In this document: piece by piece, positions 1 to 7,014 of the stretch | Position numbering within the stretch: the stretch's first letter is position 1 | Layout: each line of letters starts with the position of its first letter | Virus record (IMG/VR): IMGVR_UViG_3300048599_000048 | Strand: one strand, 5' to 3' | Length of the DNA: 39,760 nucleotides | Source: a virus | Notes under the pieces: model-generated | What the model was told of the DNA's origin: nothing | What the model saw: only the letters and a program-made list of their open reading frames with translations | The model's database searches: none | Program-made: the position numbers and the translations under genes

Positions 1-127
1 CTGAAGCGTCTTTAGCTCGCCCCGTAAGGCGTCCAGGCGGTTTGATGCCGCGTCAGCAGCGCGAACAGCATCCGCCGCTTCCTTTAGCGACATATCGCCT
101 CCTTGTAGGTGCTGGCATTACGCGGCC
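1..127. repeat. Exact copy of 39634-39760 (circular-closure overlap)
   Basis: Direct reading: identical 127-nt string ctgaagcgtc...ttacgcggcc at both window ends; bases 1-93 repeat the 5' part of the ORF at 39538-39726. Confidence 0.95.
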
Positions 128-221
128 AGCGCGCGAGCCTGCGGGAGACAGGCGGGGGAATAGGAGCCGGCTTCTTGCCACACGGCCGGCGCGTGCCGTG
201 AATCCCGCCTAGTCGGGTTGG

Positions 222-260
222 CAAAACGAAAACGGCCCGCGATCCGAAGATGGCGAGCCG
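222..260 (-). terminator. Intrinsic terminator between tRNAs and late operon (tR'-like position)
   Basis: Minus-strand RNA CGGCUCGCCAUC-UUCG-GAUCGCGGGCCG (12-bp GC-rich stem, one G-U, one mismatch, UUCG loop) followed by UUUUCGUUUUG. Confidence 0.6.
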
Positions 261-346
261 TTGTGTAGTAACCCGTCTGGTGCGCGTCGCCCTTTCGGGC
301 CAGCACTGCTGCGTAGTCGCAGCGTTCTAGGCGTGGCGGGTGTTCT

Positions 347-422
347 TGGAGCCGGCAGCAGGCATCGAACCCGCGACCATCTGCTTACAAAGCAGTTGCT
401 CTGCCGTCTGATCTATACCGGC
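347..422 (-). tRNA. tRNA-Thr (anticodon UGU)
   Basis: 76-nt cloverleaf folded by hand: acceptor GCCGGUA/UGCCGGC, T-arm GCGGG-UUCGAUG-CCUGC, anticodon loop UUUGUAA, encoded CCA end. Confidence 0.75.
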
Positions 423-428
423 TTAACT

Positions 429-505
429 TGGTTGCGGGAGCCGGAATCGAACCGGCGACCTTCAGCTTATGAGGCTGACGAGATGCCTAGCTTCTCTACC
501 CCGCG
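429..505 (-). tRNA. tRNA-Met (anticodon CAU), initiator-like
   Basis: 77 nt, CGCGGGGUAGAGAAGCUAGGCAUCUCGUCAGCCUCAUAAGCUGAAGGUCGCCGGUUCGAUUCCGGCUCCCGCAACCA. Near-colinear with E. coli tRNA-fMet, including the C1xA72 mismatch and A11:U24. Confidence 0.85.
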
Positions 506-578
506 ATTGTTCTGGATTGCACGTTTCGTATGGACGTGCGAGGTGACGCGCTAATTCAAGCACCATTCAAAAGAAGTG

Positions 579-782
579 TCAAGACATCCGCTTTAAAAAA
601 TCTTCCGCAGAAATCGTCTTGAGCTTTGCGTAAGTAAGTTTTAGCGATTCGCCGCATTTACGGCAATACAGGTGATAGGTAACCTTGTCAAAGAACGCAT
701 CTTTCGTCTCCTGCGTCTCCTGCTTTTCGACGATGACGGCTTTGAATGGGTGCTTGCATTTAAACCAGTCCCTTACCATCAC
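579..782 (-). CDS. Hypothetical small Cys/His protein, AT-rich
   Basis: ORF track 67 aa (GTG at 782 or ATG at 779, overlapping the Q-like stop); C-x-H and CxxC pairs; visibly AT-richer than flanks. Confidence 0.5.
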   Translation of the reverse strand: MMVRDWFKCKHPFKAVIVEKQETQETKDAFFDKVTYHLYCRKCGESLKLTYAKLKTISAEDFLKRMS

Positions 783-1129
783 ACCACCCCCCGTTTCCTA
801 GCCGCCCGCTCGAAATCATCCAGCGCACCCGGCAGCACATCAGCCACGCTAGACCGCTTGAATCGCCACACAGCCGCTATACCGTAGTAGTGGCATATCG
901 CCGCACCATGGATCGGCTCTAAGTCGCTTACAGCCGCATCCACGAGGGCGCACATGTAATCGTCGCTTGCTTCACACATGTGGTCGAATGTGTCTTCGGA
1001 TGCCACGCCTCCAGCTTTTGTGAATCCAGCAGATGCGGCAGGGTATCCGCGCCCGTACTGCTCGCCCCGGTGCCAGTCAGCCCAGCGGCGCAGCCATGCG
1101 TCCGCCCATTCGTGCCCGCGTGCGGTCAT
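779..1129 (-). CDS. Late-gene antiterminator Q-like protein (P22 gp23 type)
   Basis: Internal ATG of the 142-aa ORF, ATGA-coupled upstream. LRRWADW..SAGF..C.ASDDYMCALVD..ICHYYG parallels P22 gp23 LERWGAWA..AAGFKGL..CCDDDAM..VDYYVVG. Last regulator before the late operon. Confidence 0.55.
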   Translation of the reverse strand: MTARGHEWADAWLRRWADWHRGEQYGRGYPAASAGFTKAGGVASEDTFDHMCEASDDYMCALVDAAVSDLEPIHGAAICHYYGIAAVWRFKRSSVADVLPGALDDFERAARKRGVV

Positions 1130-1470
1130 TCTTTTTCCCCGAGCGAACGGGGCCCGTATTCGTATATTTCCAACCATTTGCCCATGCTGACGAAACGTGG
1201 CCCCCATTCATCAACCGGCAAAAACTCGTCATAGTCGTCGTCAAACCAAATCACCCAGCCGTCTAGCTCTGCCGAGAGAGTGCGGCAGCGCTCCAGCCGC
1301 CCAATGTCCATTTCGCACATGCCGTAACGAAGGTCTCCGTCTTGCATTGCGCTCCAAATGGCAAATTCCAAGCCATTCATCCAGCCGGCGCAGTAGCAGT
1401 CCTCACTAATGTCGCCCATGGTCGCGCATAGTTCACGCTGCTTTTCGTTGAAGTCCCGCTCTTTGATCAT
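1126..1470 (-). CDS. Hypothetical nin-region protein (114 aa)
   Basis: Internal ATG (MIKERDF...) of the 128-aa ORF; ATGA overlaps at both ends. Confidence 0.6.
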   Translation of the reverse strand: MIKERDFNEKQRELCATMGDISEDCYCAGWMNGLEFAIWSAMQDGDLRYGMCEMDIGRLERCRTLSAELDGWVIWFDDDYDEFLPVDEWGPRFVSMGKWLEIYEYGPRSLGEKE

Positions 1471-1658
1471 TCTTTCCCCTTCGCCGGATACAGCCGCGCG
1501 CCGATATCCCACAGCGCGGCTAGGTCGTTAATTGTCAGCCTGTCGTCGTCCATCGGTACGACCAGGATGCGGTCGCGTAGCCATGCAGTGCGCTTCATCG
1601 CCTCCGTGTCTACACCCGATGCGACTACACGGCCGAGTGCGCAGCGGGGGCGGGTCAC
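1467..1658 (-). CDS. Hypothetical protein (63 aa)
   Basis: ORF track; GTGA overlap with upstream stop, ATGA with downstream start. Confidence 0.45.
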   Translation of the reverse strand: MTRPRCALGRVVASGVDTEAMKRTAWLRDRILVVPMDDDRLTINDLAALWDIGARLYPAKGKE

Positions 1659-1975
1659 ATTTCCCCCCTCATCAGTTTCATCGCATCCGCCGCCCGCATG
1701 ATCACAATCGGCTCGCCCCTGTCCTCACGCGCATAGACCATCGGTACCAGCCCCAGCGGCCCGCACGCCGTTACAGCCTGCTCCAGCCAGCGCACGCACG
1801 ATATCGACGCCCGCGCTTTCACCTCTACCCCAAACGGACCGGCCTTGATGTCAATCCCGCCGTTAGCTGCTTGCCCGTAATTGCGCTCTATGTGCTGGTG
1901 GCCCAGTTCGTCGCATAGGTGGGCGTATGCCTCGCGCTCGCGGCGCTGTCCTTTGTCTCGTTGGGCTTTGCTCAT
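1655..1975 (-). CDS. Putative PD-(D/E)XK nuclease / Holliday-junction resolvase
   Basis: 106 aa; GGIDIK...GVEVKAR fits a D...E-x-K core; basic N-terminus; sits where lambdoid phages carry RusA/Rap-type resolvases. Confidence 0.5.
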   Translation of the reverse strand: MSKAQRDKGQRREREAYAHLCDELGHQHIERNYGQAANGGIDIKAGPFGVEVKARASISCVRWLEQAVTACGPLGLVPMVYAREDRGEPIVIMRAADAMKLMRGEM

Positions 1976-2211
1976 TGCTTAACCCACCTAGGAAAATCGC
2001 TTCCGGTATCAAAAACGGCTTTATAAATAGGGGCGATGATTCCTGGTTCTTTTTCATCAAAAGAATTGTGCACCGCTAGATACTCAATTCCATCTCTATC
2101 AAAGCATTGTGTTGCCTCAAGAACAATCATTCCTGAAAAAATCTTTGCGCAACACTCAATGTCTTTGAAGTCGAAAAATTTTCTATGTACGAAAAATCTA
2201 CCAACTCTCAC
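1972..2211 (-). CDS. Hypothetical protein (79 aa), AT-rich insert
   Basis: ORF track; GTG start in GTGA overlap; strongly AT-rich compared with neighbours. Confidence 0.5.
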   Translation of the reverse strand: MRVGRFFVHRKFFDFKDIECCAKIFSGMIVLEATQCFDRDGIEYLAVHNSFDEKEPGIIAPIYKAVFDTGSDFPRWVKQ

Positions 2212-2537
2212 GCCGCCACCCTCACTTTCCCGTCACGAAACAGCGCGAGAAGCGTCCTGTCGTGCGCTCGCCTCCACATTTCCGCTTTGTCCTCCCGGCT
2301 GTCCGAATACACGCCGGTCGGGTCCATTCCAGTTCCCTGATCAAGCCATGTATGGCATCGGTGGCAGATGAAGGCGACAAACAGGTCATGCGCCTTCTTC
2401 CCCATTCCCTTGCCGTGTTCTTGCTGATTGCTGTGGGCTGCTACGCTCATTCCGTGCTCGCCGCAGTGCTGGCACTCGTAGTGCTTGGCGAGATTGGTTA
2501 GCGACTTGCATTCCCAGCGGGGAGATTTGGGAATCAT
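2208..2537 (-). CDS. YbcO/DUF1364-like putative nuclease
   Basis: Internal ATG (MIPKSPRWEC...). ECQHCG..AAHSN..GKKAHD..ICHRCHTWLD resembles E. coli prophage YbcO (ECQVRIPG..LAHIR..CSACHDEID). Confidence 0.5.
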   Translation of the reverse strand: MIPKSPRWECKSLTNLAKHYECQHCGEHGMSVAAHSNQQEHGKGMGKKAHDLFVAFICHRCHTWLDQGTGMDPTGVYSDSREDKAEMWRRAHDRTLLALFRDGKVRVAA

Positions 2538-2653
2538 TGCAACGCCACCCGCCACATCGTAATAACGAGGGCGGCCCCAGCAGCAACCGCCAAAACACAA
2601 AGGATTGCAACAAACACAGCAAACCCAATATCAGCCAATTTTTCCAAGTTCAT
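2534..2653 (-). CDS. Small membrane protein (39 aa)
   Basis: Internal ATG MNLEKLADIGFAVFVAILCVLAVAAGAALVITMW, one clear TM helix; ATGA overlaps on both sides. Confidence 0.4.
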   Translation of the reverse strand: MNLEKLADIGFAVFVAILCVLAVAAGAALVITMWRVALQ

Positions 2654-2937
2654 TTCCCATCCCTTTCGTAAATTGCCTGCCGCAGATATGCGCACAGGTC
2701 TAGCGCCTCTTCGTACGCATCCCACAGCGAGTCACGCCCGTTGTGTGCTGTCAGCGGTACGCCGTAGCGCTCCCGGCCTAGCTGGTCGCGCGCTTCCATT
2801 TCCTTGATGACGATCGGCCATATCTCGACTTGTGCAGCCTGCTTAACACACGCCAAATCATCGGGCATGTGCATGATTCGCGCTTGTCCGCAGTGTGCGC
2901 AGTAAAGCGGTGATTTGCTGGGGCGGAATGTGATCAT
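2650..2937 (-). CDS. Hypothetical protein (95 aa) with N-terminal CxxC
   Basis: ORF track; ATGA-coupled at both ends. Confidence 0.55.
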   Translation of the reverse strand: MITFRPSKSPLYCAHCGQARIMHMPDDLACVKQAAQVEIWPIVIKEMEARDQLGRERYGVPLTAHNGRDSLWDAYEEALDLCAYLRQAIYERDGK

Positions 2938-3308
2938 GCCGCCTCCCTTGCGCTGAATCGCACGCCCTGTTGCGCGCCAAATGCCTCGATCAACTCCATC
3001 AGTTCCCCCATTTCCCGAACTCCCATCTTTGAAGTTCTCGCGCCAATCACAACAAACCCGCCATCAATCCCCGGAACGACCTTCTGTTTCTTCATCGCCG
3101 CCGTAAGCACGTCTTTCCATTCCTCGGGCGTCAGCGTCTGGCCGTACCAATCAACCTGATTGCTCACATCTGTCAGCATTGCCCACAATCGCGCGTTCTG
3201 TTCCAGGCTTCGTGTCGCTTCTTTGACGATGCACACGTAGCCTTCAGGCGCCTGCGATATCTGGCGCATTGCAGCTTGGCGAGCGGCTGGAGAGGTTAGG
3301 CGGATCAT
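2934..3308 (-). CDS. ninB: Recombination protein NinB (Orf family)
   Basis: ATRSLEQNARLWAMLTDVSNQVDWYGQTLTPEEWKDVL matches the NinB signature (RSxxQNxxxWxxLxDxS..W.G..L..E.WK); start at 3308 is ATGA-coupled. Confidence 0.65.
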   Translation of the reverse strand: MIRLTSPAARQAAMRQISQAPEGYVCIVKEATRSLEQNARLWAMLTDVSNQVDWYGQTLTPEEWKDVLTAAMKKQKVVPGIDGGFVVIGARTSKMGVREMGELMELIEAFGAQQGVRFSAREAA

Positions 3309-3565
3309 TCGATCCGATACACGCGTTCGTTCCACGACTTCTTAAACTTCAGCTTGGGCTGATGCTTGCCGAGTTGCGCCATTCTGTTTTTCACGTATTT
3401 GATGTCTACGCCCATGTGCTCTGCAATCTTTTCTGATGTTGCTTCGCCAAGCTCTTCGATTGCGCGCTCAATCTCAGAAAGAGATTTTACCGAATACAGC
3501 TTTCGCTTTACCTTCTTTTTCCTCGCACCGAGAAGGGATAGCATTCCGATTTCCCAGTCGTTCAT
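3305..3565 (-). CDS. Small winged-helix DNA-binding protein (86 aa)
   Basis: ORF track; Lys-rich N-terminus then ..SEKIAEHMGVDIKYVKNRMAQLGK.. HTH-like segment; AT-richer than flanks. Confidence 0.5.
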   Translation of the reverse strand: MNDWEIGMLSLLGARKKKVKRKLYSVKSLSEIERAIEELGEATSEKIAEHMGVDIKYVKNRMAQLGKHQPKLKFKKSWNERVYRIE

Positions 3566-3785
3566 TCCATTCTTTCCTTACCGCTTCCTTGAGTTTCGCT
3601 GCACGCTCTTTGTTCTTTGCTTCAATCCGCCCGATGTACTCTGCCCGCTGCTCTTTCGTTCGCATTGCACAGACCATCCGCGCTTCGCATTGCCGCATGT
3701 ATTCGACGGTATATGTCGGGGCGGGATTGTCTGTGCATTGTGGGCAGAGGCACTTACCACACGCCGAACCACGCGCCTGTTCCAT
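3474..3785 (-). CDS. Cys-rich hypothetical protein (103 aa)
   Basis: ORF track; CGKCLCPQC cluster. Its 3' end overlaps the next ORF by about 90 nt in another frame, so one of the two boundaries is uncertain. Confidence 0.4.
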   Translation of the reverse strand: MEQARGSACGKCLCPQCTDNPAPTYTVEYMRQCEARMVCAMRTKEQRAEYIGRIEAKNKERAAKLKEAVRKEWNERLGNRNAIPSRCEEKEGKAKAVFGKISF

Positions 3786-3948
3786 GAATCACCGCGACCG
3801 GAAACATGATTGCGCCAGCGATGAGAAAACCCCACGAAGCCGTTTTGAGGCAAACAACAACATGGGTAATCCAAGCGGCAACAGCCCACACCACCAGACC
3901 GAGCCAAACGAGCAGCGCAGTTTCTGCAGAACCTTTTTCATGTTTCAT
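3754..3948 (-). CDS. Small membrane protein (64 aa, 2 TM)
   Basis: ORF track; two hydrophobic helices (ALLVWLGLVVWAVAAWI, GFLIAGAIMFPVAVI); GGGGA SD upstream. Confidence 0.5.
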   Translation of the reverse strand: MKHEKGSAETALLVWLGLVVWAVAAWITHVVVCLKTASWGFLIAGAIMFPVAVIHGTGAWFGVW

Positions 3949-3993
3949 CCCATTCCCCTATCAATTCCGCATTTCACCAGTGCGGATAACTGG

Positions 3994-4161
3994 TCACGCA
4001 GCCCTACGAATCACCACCACACCAACACGCTGCACCCAGTGCGACGCCGGCCCGTTTTCATTCCCCGCAAACCCACAAATGGGCTCGGCGTGAATCTTCG
4101 GGTTGAATCGCGCGCACGTTCCGGCTACCTCGCAATTGCGTCCGCTGCACTGGCCGTTCAT
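3994..4161 (-). CDS. Cys-rich micro-protein (55 aa), below ORF-track cutoff
   Basis: Hand translation MNGQCSGRNCEVAGTCARFNPKIHAEPICGFAGNENGPASHWVQRVGVVVIRRAA*; ATG in ATGA overlap with the methyltransferase stop. Confidence 0.35.
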   Translation of the reverse strand: MNGQCSGRNCEVAGTCARFNPKIHAEPICGFAGNENGPASHWVQRVGVVVIRRAA

Positions 4162-4847
4162 AGCAATGCCTCCTGAACGGGCAGTTTTTCTTCCGGGGGG
4201 AATAGCGCGCCTTGGGCTTGAGCGCGTGATATGCGCTCGCAGGCGATGTCGAAATACTTTCGCTCGCGCTCGATGCCGGTGAACTTGCGCCCCGCGCGAA
4301 TTGCCGCGACACCAACCGAAGCGCTACCCATGAATGGATCGCAAATGCTGACGCCACGCGGCATGTATTGAATGCACCAGTCGTAAAGCCGCACCGGCCT
4401 CTCGCATGGATGCTCGGTTTCCGCCTCCGCAGCCGCGACAAAGTTGGTCCATGGTATTTCGATCACTTCGGTCTTTTTGAAGTGCGTGCATGCCGCAATG
4501 TCTGCCTTGCTGAAATTCGGCATAGGCTGTCGCTTCAGCCAGACAATTGCCCCACCATCCGGTTCAAAGCAGTTGAAGAAGTTGGCACCCCATATGACAC
4601 GGTGCACGGATTTCTGCCGGATCAGATCGAAAACCTCTTTTGGCGGAGCCGCATCGTTCCATTCGACATTGCAGCCACGCAATGATCCGCGCCCTCGGAC
4701 ATTGCCCGAGGTCTGCACAAAGTTGCCCACGCCAAAAGGCGGGTCCGTCAGAACGAGATCGAACTTGTCCAGCAGCGGGAGCACCTCGCGGCAGTCCCCG
4801 TGCCACAGCGTCGCGTTTCCGATCACTACTTTTTCAGGCTCACTCAT
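4158..4847 (-). CDS. DNA methyltransferase (N6-adenine/N4-cytosine, beta class), orphan
   Basis: Internal ATG MSEPEK.. (ATGA-coupled). Motif IV TDPPFG precedes the AdoMet motif ICDPFMGSASVGVAA, the N6_N4_Mtase order; no adjacent nuclease. Confidence 0.85.
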   Translation of the reverse strand: MSEPEKVVIGNATLWHGDCREVLPLLDKFDLVLTDPPFGVGNFVQTSGNVRGRGSLRGCNVEWNDAAPPKEVFDLIRQKSVHRVIWGANFFNCFEPDGGAIVWLKRQPMPNFSKADIAACTHFKKTEVIEIPWTNFVAAAEAETEHPCERPVRLYDWCIQYMPRGVSICDPFMGSASVGVAAIRAGRKFTGIERERKYFDIACERISRAQAQGALFPPEEKLPVQEALL

Positions 4848-5356
4848 TCCGAAACCCCGCACTTCCCGCCCTTCCAAACCTCGCCAATCGCCGCCGATGC
4901 GAGGTCTATCTGGCACTTCAGCAGCCTTTCCCCCCGCAGATACCGATCCCGCAGCCTGTAGGCCCATGCCTTTCCCGGCGCTTCCTTGATCGACACGGAC
5001 GCAGCCCGCTCCAGGTTCGCTGCCCGGCGCTCTGCATCGGGAGTCGGAGCCGGCAAAGCGCTTTGCAGCGTCACCGACTGCTGGCGGGCCAAGTCCTTGA
5101 ACTCGGGCAGCGTCGGCGGATGCGGCGGGAGGTGCTGCAACGCCTTGCGCAGTCGCTCCGGCTGGTCTGCAAACCCGGACAGTTCTCGCGCCCACTTGGC
5201 GTGCGCGTTCGCCATGCCGGTGTCCATTCCGTTTTCCGTGTGCCCCGACTTCCACATGTCGAGAAACCGCGACCCGTAGGCGCCCTGTAGCTCACGGAAA
5301 ATCAATGCCACCCAGTGCGGCGGGAGCGGCGGGCGTGATGTCGATGATTCGGCCAT
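4844..5356 (-). CDS. Lambda P-like replication (helicase-loader) protein
   Basis: Internal ATG MAESSTS... WVALIFRELQGAYGSRF..W..HLPPHPPTLPEFKDLAR parallels lambda P (..VFSQLLATFP..RRQW..NRPFLPSPGQFVAWCR); directly downstream of the initiator gene. Confidence 0.45.
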   Translation of the reverse strand: MAESSTSRPPLPPHWVALIFRELQGAYGSRFLDMWKSGHTENGMDTGMANAHAKWARELSGFADQPERLRKALQHLPPHPPTLPEFKDLARQQSVTLQSALPAPTPDAERRAANLERAASVSIKEAPGKAWAYRLRDRYLRGERLLKCQIDLASAAIGEVWKGGKCGVSE

Positions 5357-6098
5357 TGTCCTGTCCTTGCGTTGGTCCGAGGAACGATGCGCAGGCTGCT
5401 GCGCGGGATGCGTCACGTCCGGTCAGAGCCGGCGAACCGCGCGGCTGCTCGTTCAGCCACGACGCCCTGAAGCTGGCCCAGCCCCGTTCGCAGCACATCC
5501 GCAAGGCAGCATCCAGCGATAGGCCGGCCTTCTCTGCCTCGCGCTCTAGCCCATCGACCGCAACCACCGTCACCGCTGCGCGCTTGTCCTTTCGGACTTG
5601 CAGCCAGGAATCGGCGACCACCGGATCAACCCCCCGGCTTGCAAGCTCGGCGACCCAATCGACCACAGCGCGCTTGCGCGCTTTTTGGTTAATTGATGGT
5701 TCACTTGATGGTTCATTGATGGTTATGGGGGCACCACGTGCCGGGGTGGGGGGCACCACGTGCCGGGGTGGGGCGGCATTTGGTGCCGGGGTGGGCGGCA
5801 TTTGGTGCCGGGGGGCACGACGTGCAGGGGCGGCATTTAATGCCGGGGTTGTGTGGATGCGATACAGGGTCGAAGTACCCGCCCGGCTCTCGCTGGATAC
5901 GTAGCCCATCGCTTCCAGATCGCGGATTGCATTACGCACTGCGCGCTCACAGACACAGGTCTTGCTGGCCAGCATCGAGACAGACGGGAAGCACTCGCCG
6001 CCGTCATTGGCGTTATCGGCCAATGCGAGCAGGACAAGCTTTTCAGTTCCGGACAGGCCCTGCAGCTTCCACACCTCGGTCATGATTGCGATGCTCAT
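5292..6098 (-). CDS. Replication initiator (lambda O-like, winged-helix N-terminus)
   Basis: Start MSIAIM.. ATGA-coupled; wHTH LSGTEKLVLLALADNANDGGECFPSVSMLASKTCVCERAVRNAIRDLEAMGYV; Pro/Ala linker encoded by the iterons. Confidence 0.65.
   Translation of the reverse strand: MSIAIMTEVWKLQGLSGTEKLVLLALADNANDGGECFPSVSMLASKTCVCERAVRNAIRDLEAMGYVSSESRAGTSTLYRIHTTPALNAAPARRAPRHQMPPTPAPNAAPPRHVVPPTPARGAPITINEPSSEPSINQKARKRAVVDWVAELASRGVDPVVADSWLQVRKDKRAAVTVVAVDGLEREAEKAGLSLDAALRMCCERGWASFRASWLNEQPRGSPALTGRDASRAAACASFLGPTQGQDNGRIIDITPAAPAALGGIDFP
5693..5850. repeat. Putative replication origin: 3x TTGATGGTT plus six dyad iterons GGCA-N5-TGCC(GGGG)
   Basis: TTGATGGTT at 5693, 5705, 5716. 13-bp dyads at 5730-5742, 5752-5764, 5775-5787, 5797-5809, 5814-5826, 5832-5844 (spacing 22/23/22/17/18), all inside the initiator gene. 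Confidence 0.6.
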
Positions 6099-6310
6099 TC
6101 GGCCTCGATATAGAACGGGCACTGCTTCATCGAATGCGCCGACACGGGTCCGTAACTAACGATTCGCATCAGAGAAGAGACTGGAACCAAAACCGGCCCC
6201 TCGCCGAATCGCTCCAGATCGGTATAGCGCTGGCAGCCGTGGCGCTCGTCGCATATCAGGCGATATTCCGGGCTGTGCCCTGCGCAGCGGGATGCGTCGT
6301 TAGCGAGCAT
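6095..6310 (-). CDS. Hypothetical Cys/His-rich protein (71 aa)
   Basis: Internal ATG MLANDASRC.. of the 109-aa ORF; stop in ATGA overlap with the initiator start. Confidence 0.4.
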   Translation of the reverse strand: MLANDASRCAGHSPEYRLICDERHGCQRYTDLERFGEGPVLVPVSSLMRIVSYGPVSAHSMKQCPFYIEAE

Positions 6311-6506
6311 TTGCGACCCTTTCTGTAGCCACGCTGTGCCCGCACTTCTCGCACTTGTCGCAATCGACCAAGCGGCCTGGGCCACCAGCGGAAAGAGTGA
6401 CGACAGCGCCATTCGGAAAGTCATGCATTCCGGTATAGGTCTGCTGAATGGCCTTGCCGGGCTTCATTTCCCCGCCGCAGCGACGGCAAATGTTGTCCAT
6501 CACCAT
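6300..6506 (-). CDS. Zinc-ribbon protein (68 aa)
   Basis: Internal ATG MVMDNICRRCGG...CDKCEKCGH: two CxxC pairs. Confidence 0.5.
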   Translation of the reverse strand: MVMDNICRRCGGEMKPGKAIQQTYTGMHDFPNGAVVTLSAGGPGRLVDCDKCEKCGHSVATERVANAR

Positions 6507-6673
6507 CCCAACACAAGACGCGCCGTCAGCCACAGCAGGCCAACGGGCACACATACGATTCCAGCGAATACGCCAACCCCTGCGCCGACAGATGCACAGC
6601 CGGCGAGATAGACGAGAGCAGCGCGAACAACAGGCGGCTTGATCATTTCAAGGATTTCGAGCAGGCGATTCAT
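6500..6673 (-). CDS. Small membrane protein (57 aa)
   Basis: Internal ATG MNRLLEILEM.., hydrophobic C-terminal two-thirds; ATGA-coupled upstream. Confidence 0.5.
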   Translation of the reverse strand: MNRLLEILEMIKPPVVRAALVYLAGCASVGAGVGVFAGIVCVPVGLLWLTARLVLGW

Positions 6674-7014
6674 GCTCCAGCCCTTTCGGCAATCGAATAG
6701 ATTGAGCTTTGCCAAAACCCTCCGCTCTTGGTCGCCCAAGAGTTGCCGTGCTTTACCGGCTCAATAGAAATGTGAAAGCCACACTTCTCAGCGGCCTTCA
6801 CAACCTTCATCCATTCTCGATAGATGTACGTAGTCGGGTCAGTTCTTCCGCACGAACTCCGATACCCGACCTCAACACGGCCTTTGAGAAAAAGCGTGTT
6901 AAGTGCCGTGGCTGTGGCGCTAGTTTCGTATCCGAATCGCTTTGAAAGAGCTACATCGCTCTTTATCGCGACATCGTTGAGTTTTTGAACCGTGCTCTCC
7001 GCGTCAAACTTCAT
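6670..7014 (-). CDS. Hypothetical protein (114 aa)
   Basis: Internal ATG MKFDAEST.. ATGA-coupled to upstream gene; AT-richer segment. Confidence 0.55.
   Translation of the reverse strand: MKFDAESTVQKLNDVAIKSDVALSKRFGYETSATATALNTLFLKGRVEVGYRSSCGRTDPTTYIYREWMKVVKAAEKCGFHISIEPVKHGNSWATKSGGFWQSSIYSIAERAGA

Noticed and set aside
1-127. Biological direct terminal repeat or cos-flanking repeat
   Set aside because: The repeat cuts through the middle of a coding ORF and has a length typical of an assembler k-mer overlap; a circular-closure artefact is more parsimonious, though read-end analysis is needed
261-554. 97-aa plus-strand ORF
   Set aside because: It runs straight through both tRNA genes on the opposite strand and starts at TTG; an artefact
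4848-5255. N-terminal extension of the methyltransferase ORF (365-aa version)
   Set aside because: The extension is Gly/Ala/Arg-rich, overlaps the P-like gene in another frame, and the internal ATG at 4847 is ATGA-coupled and starts right before the conserved motifs
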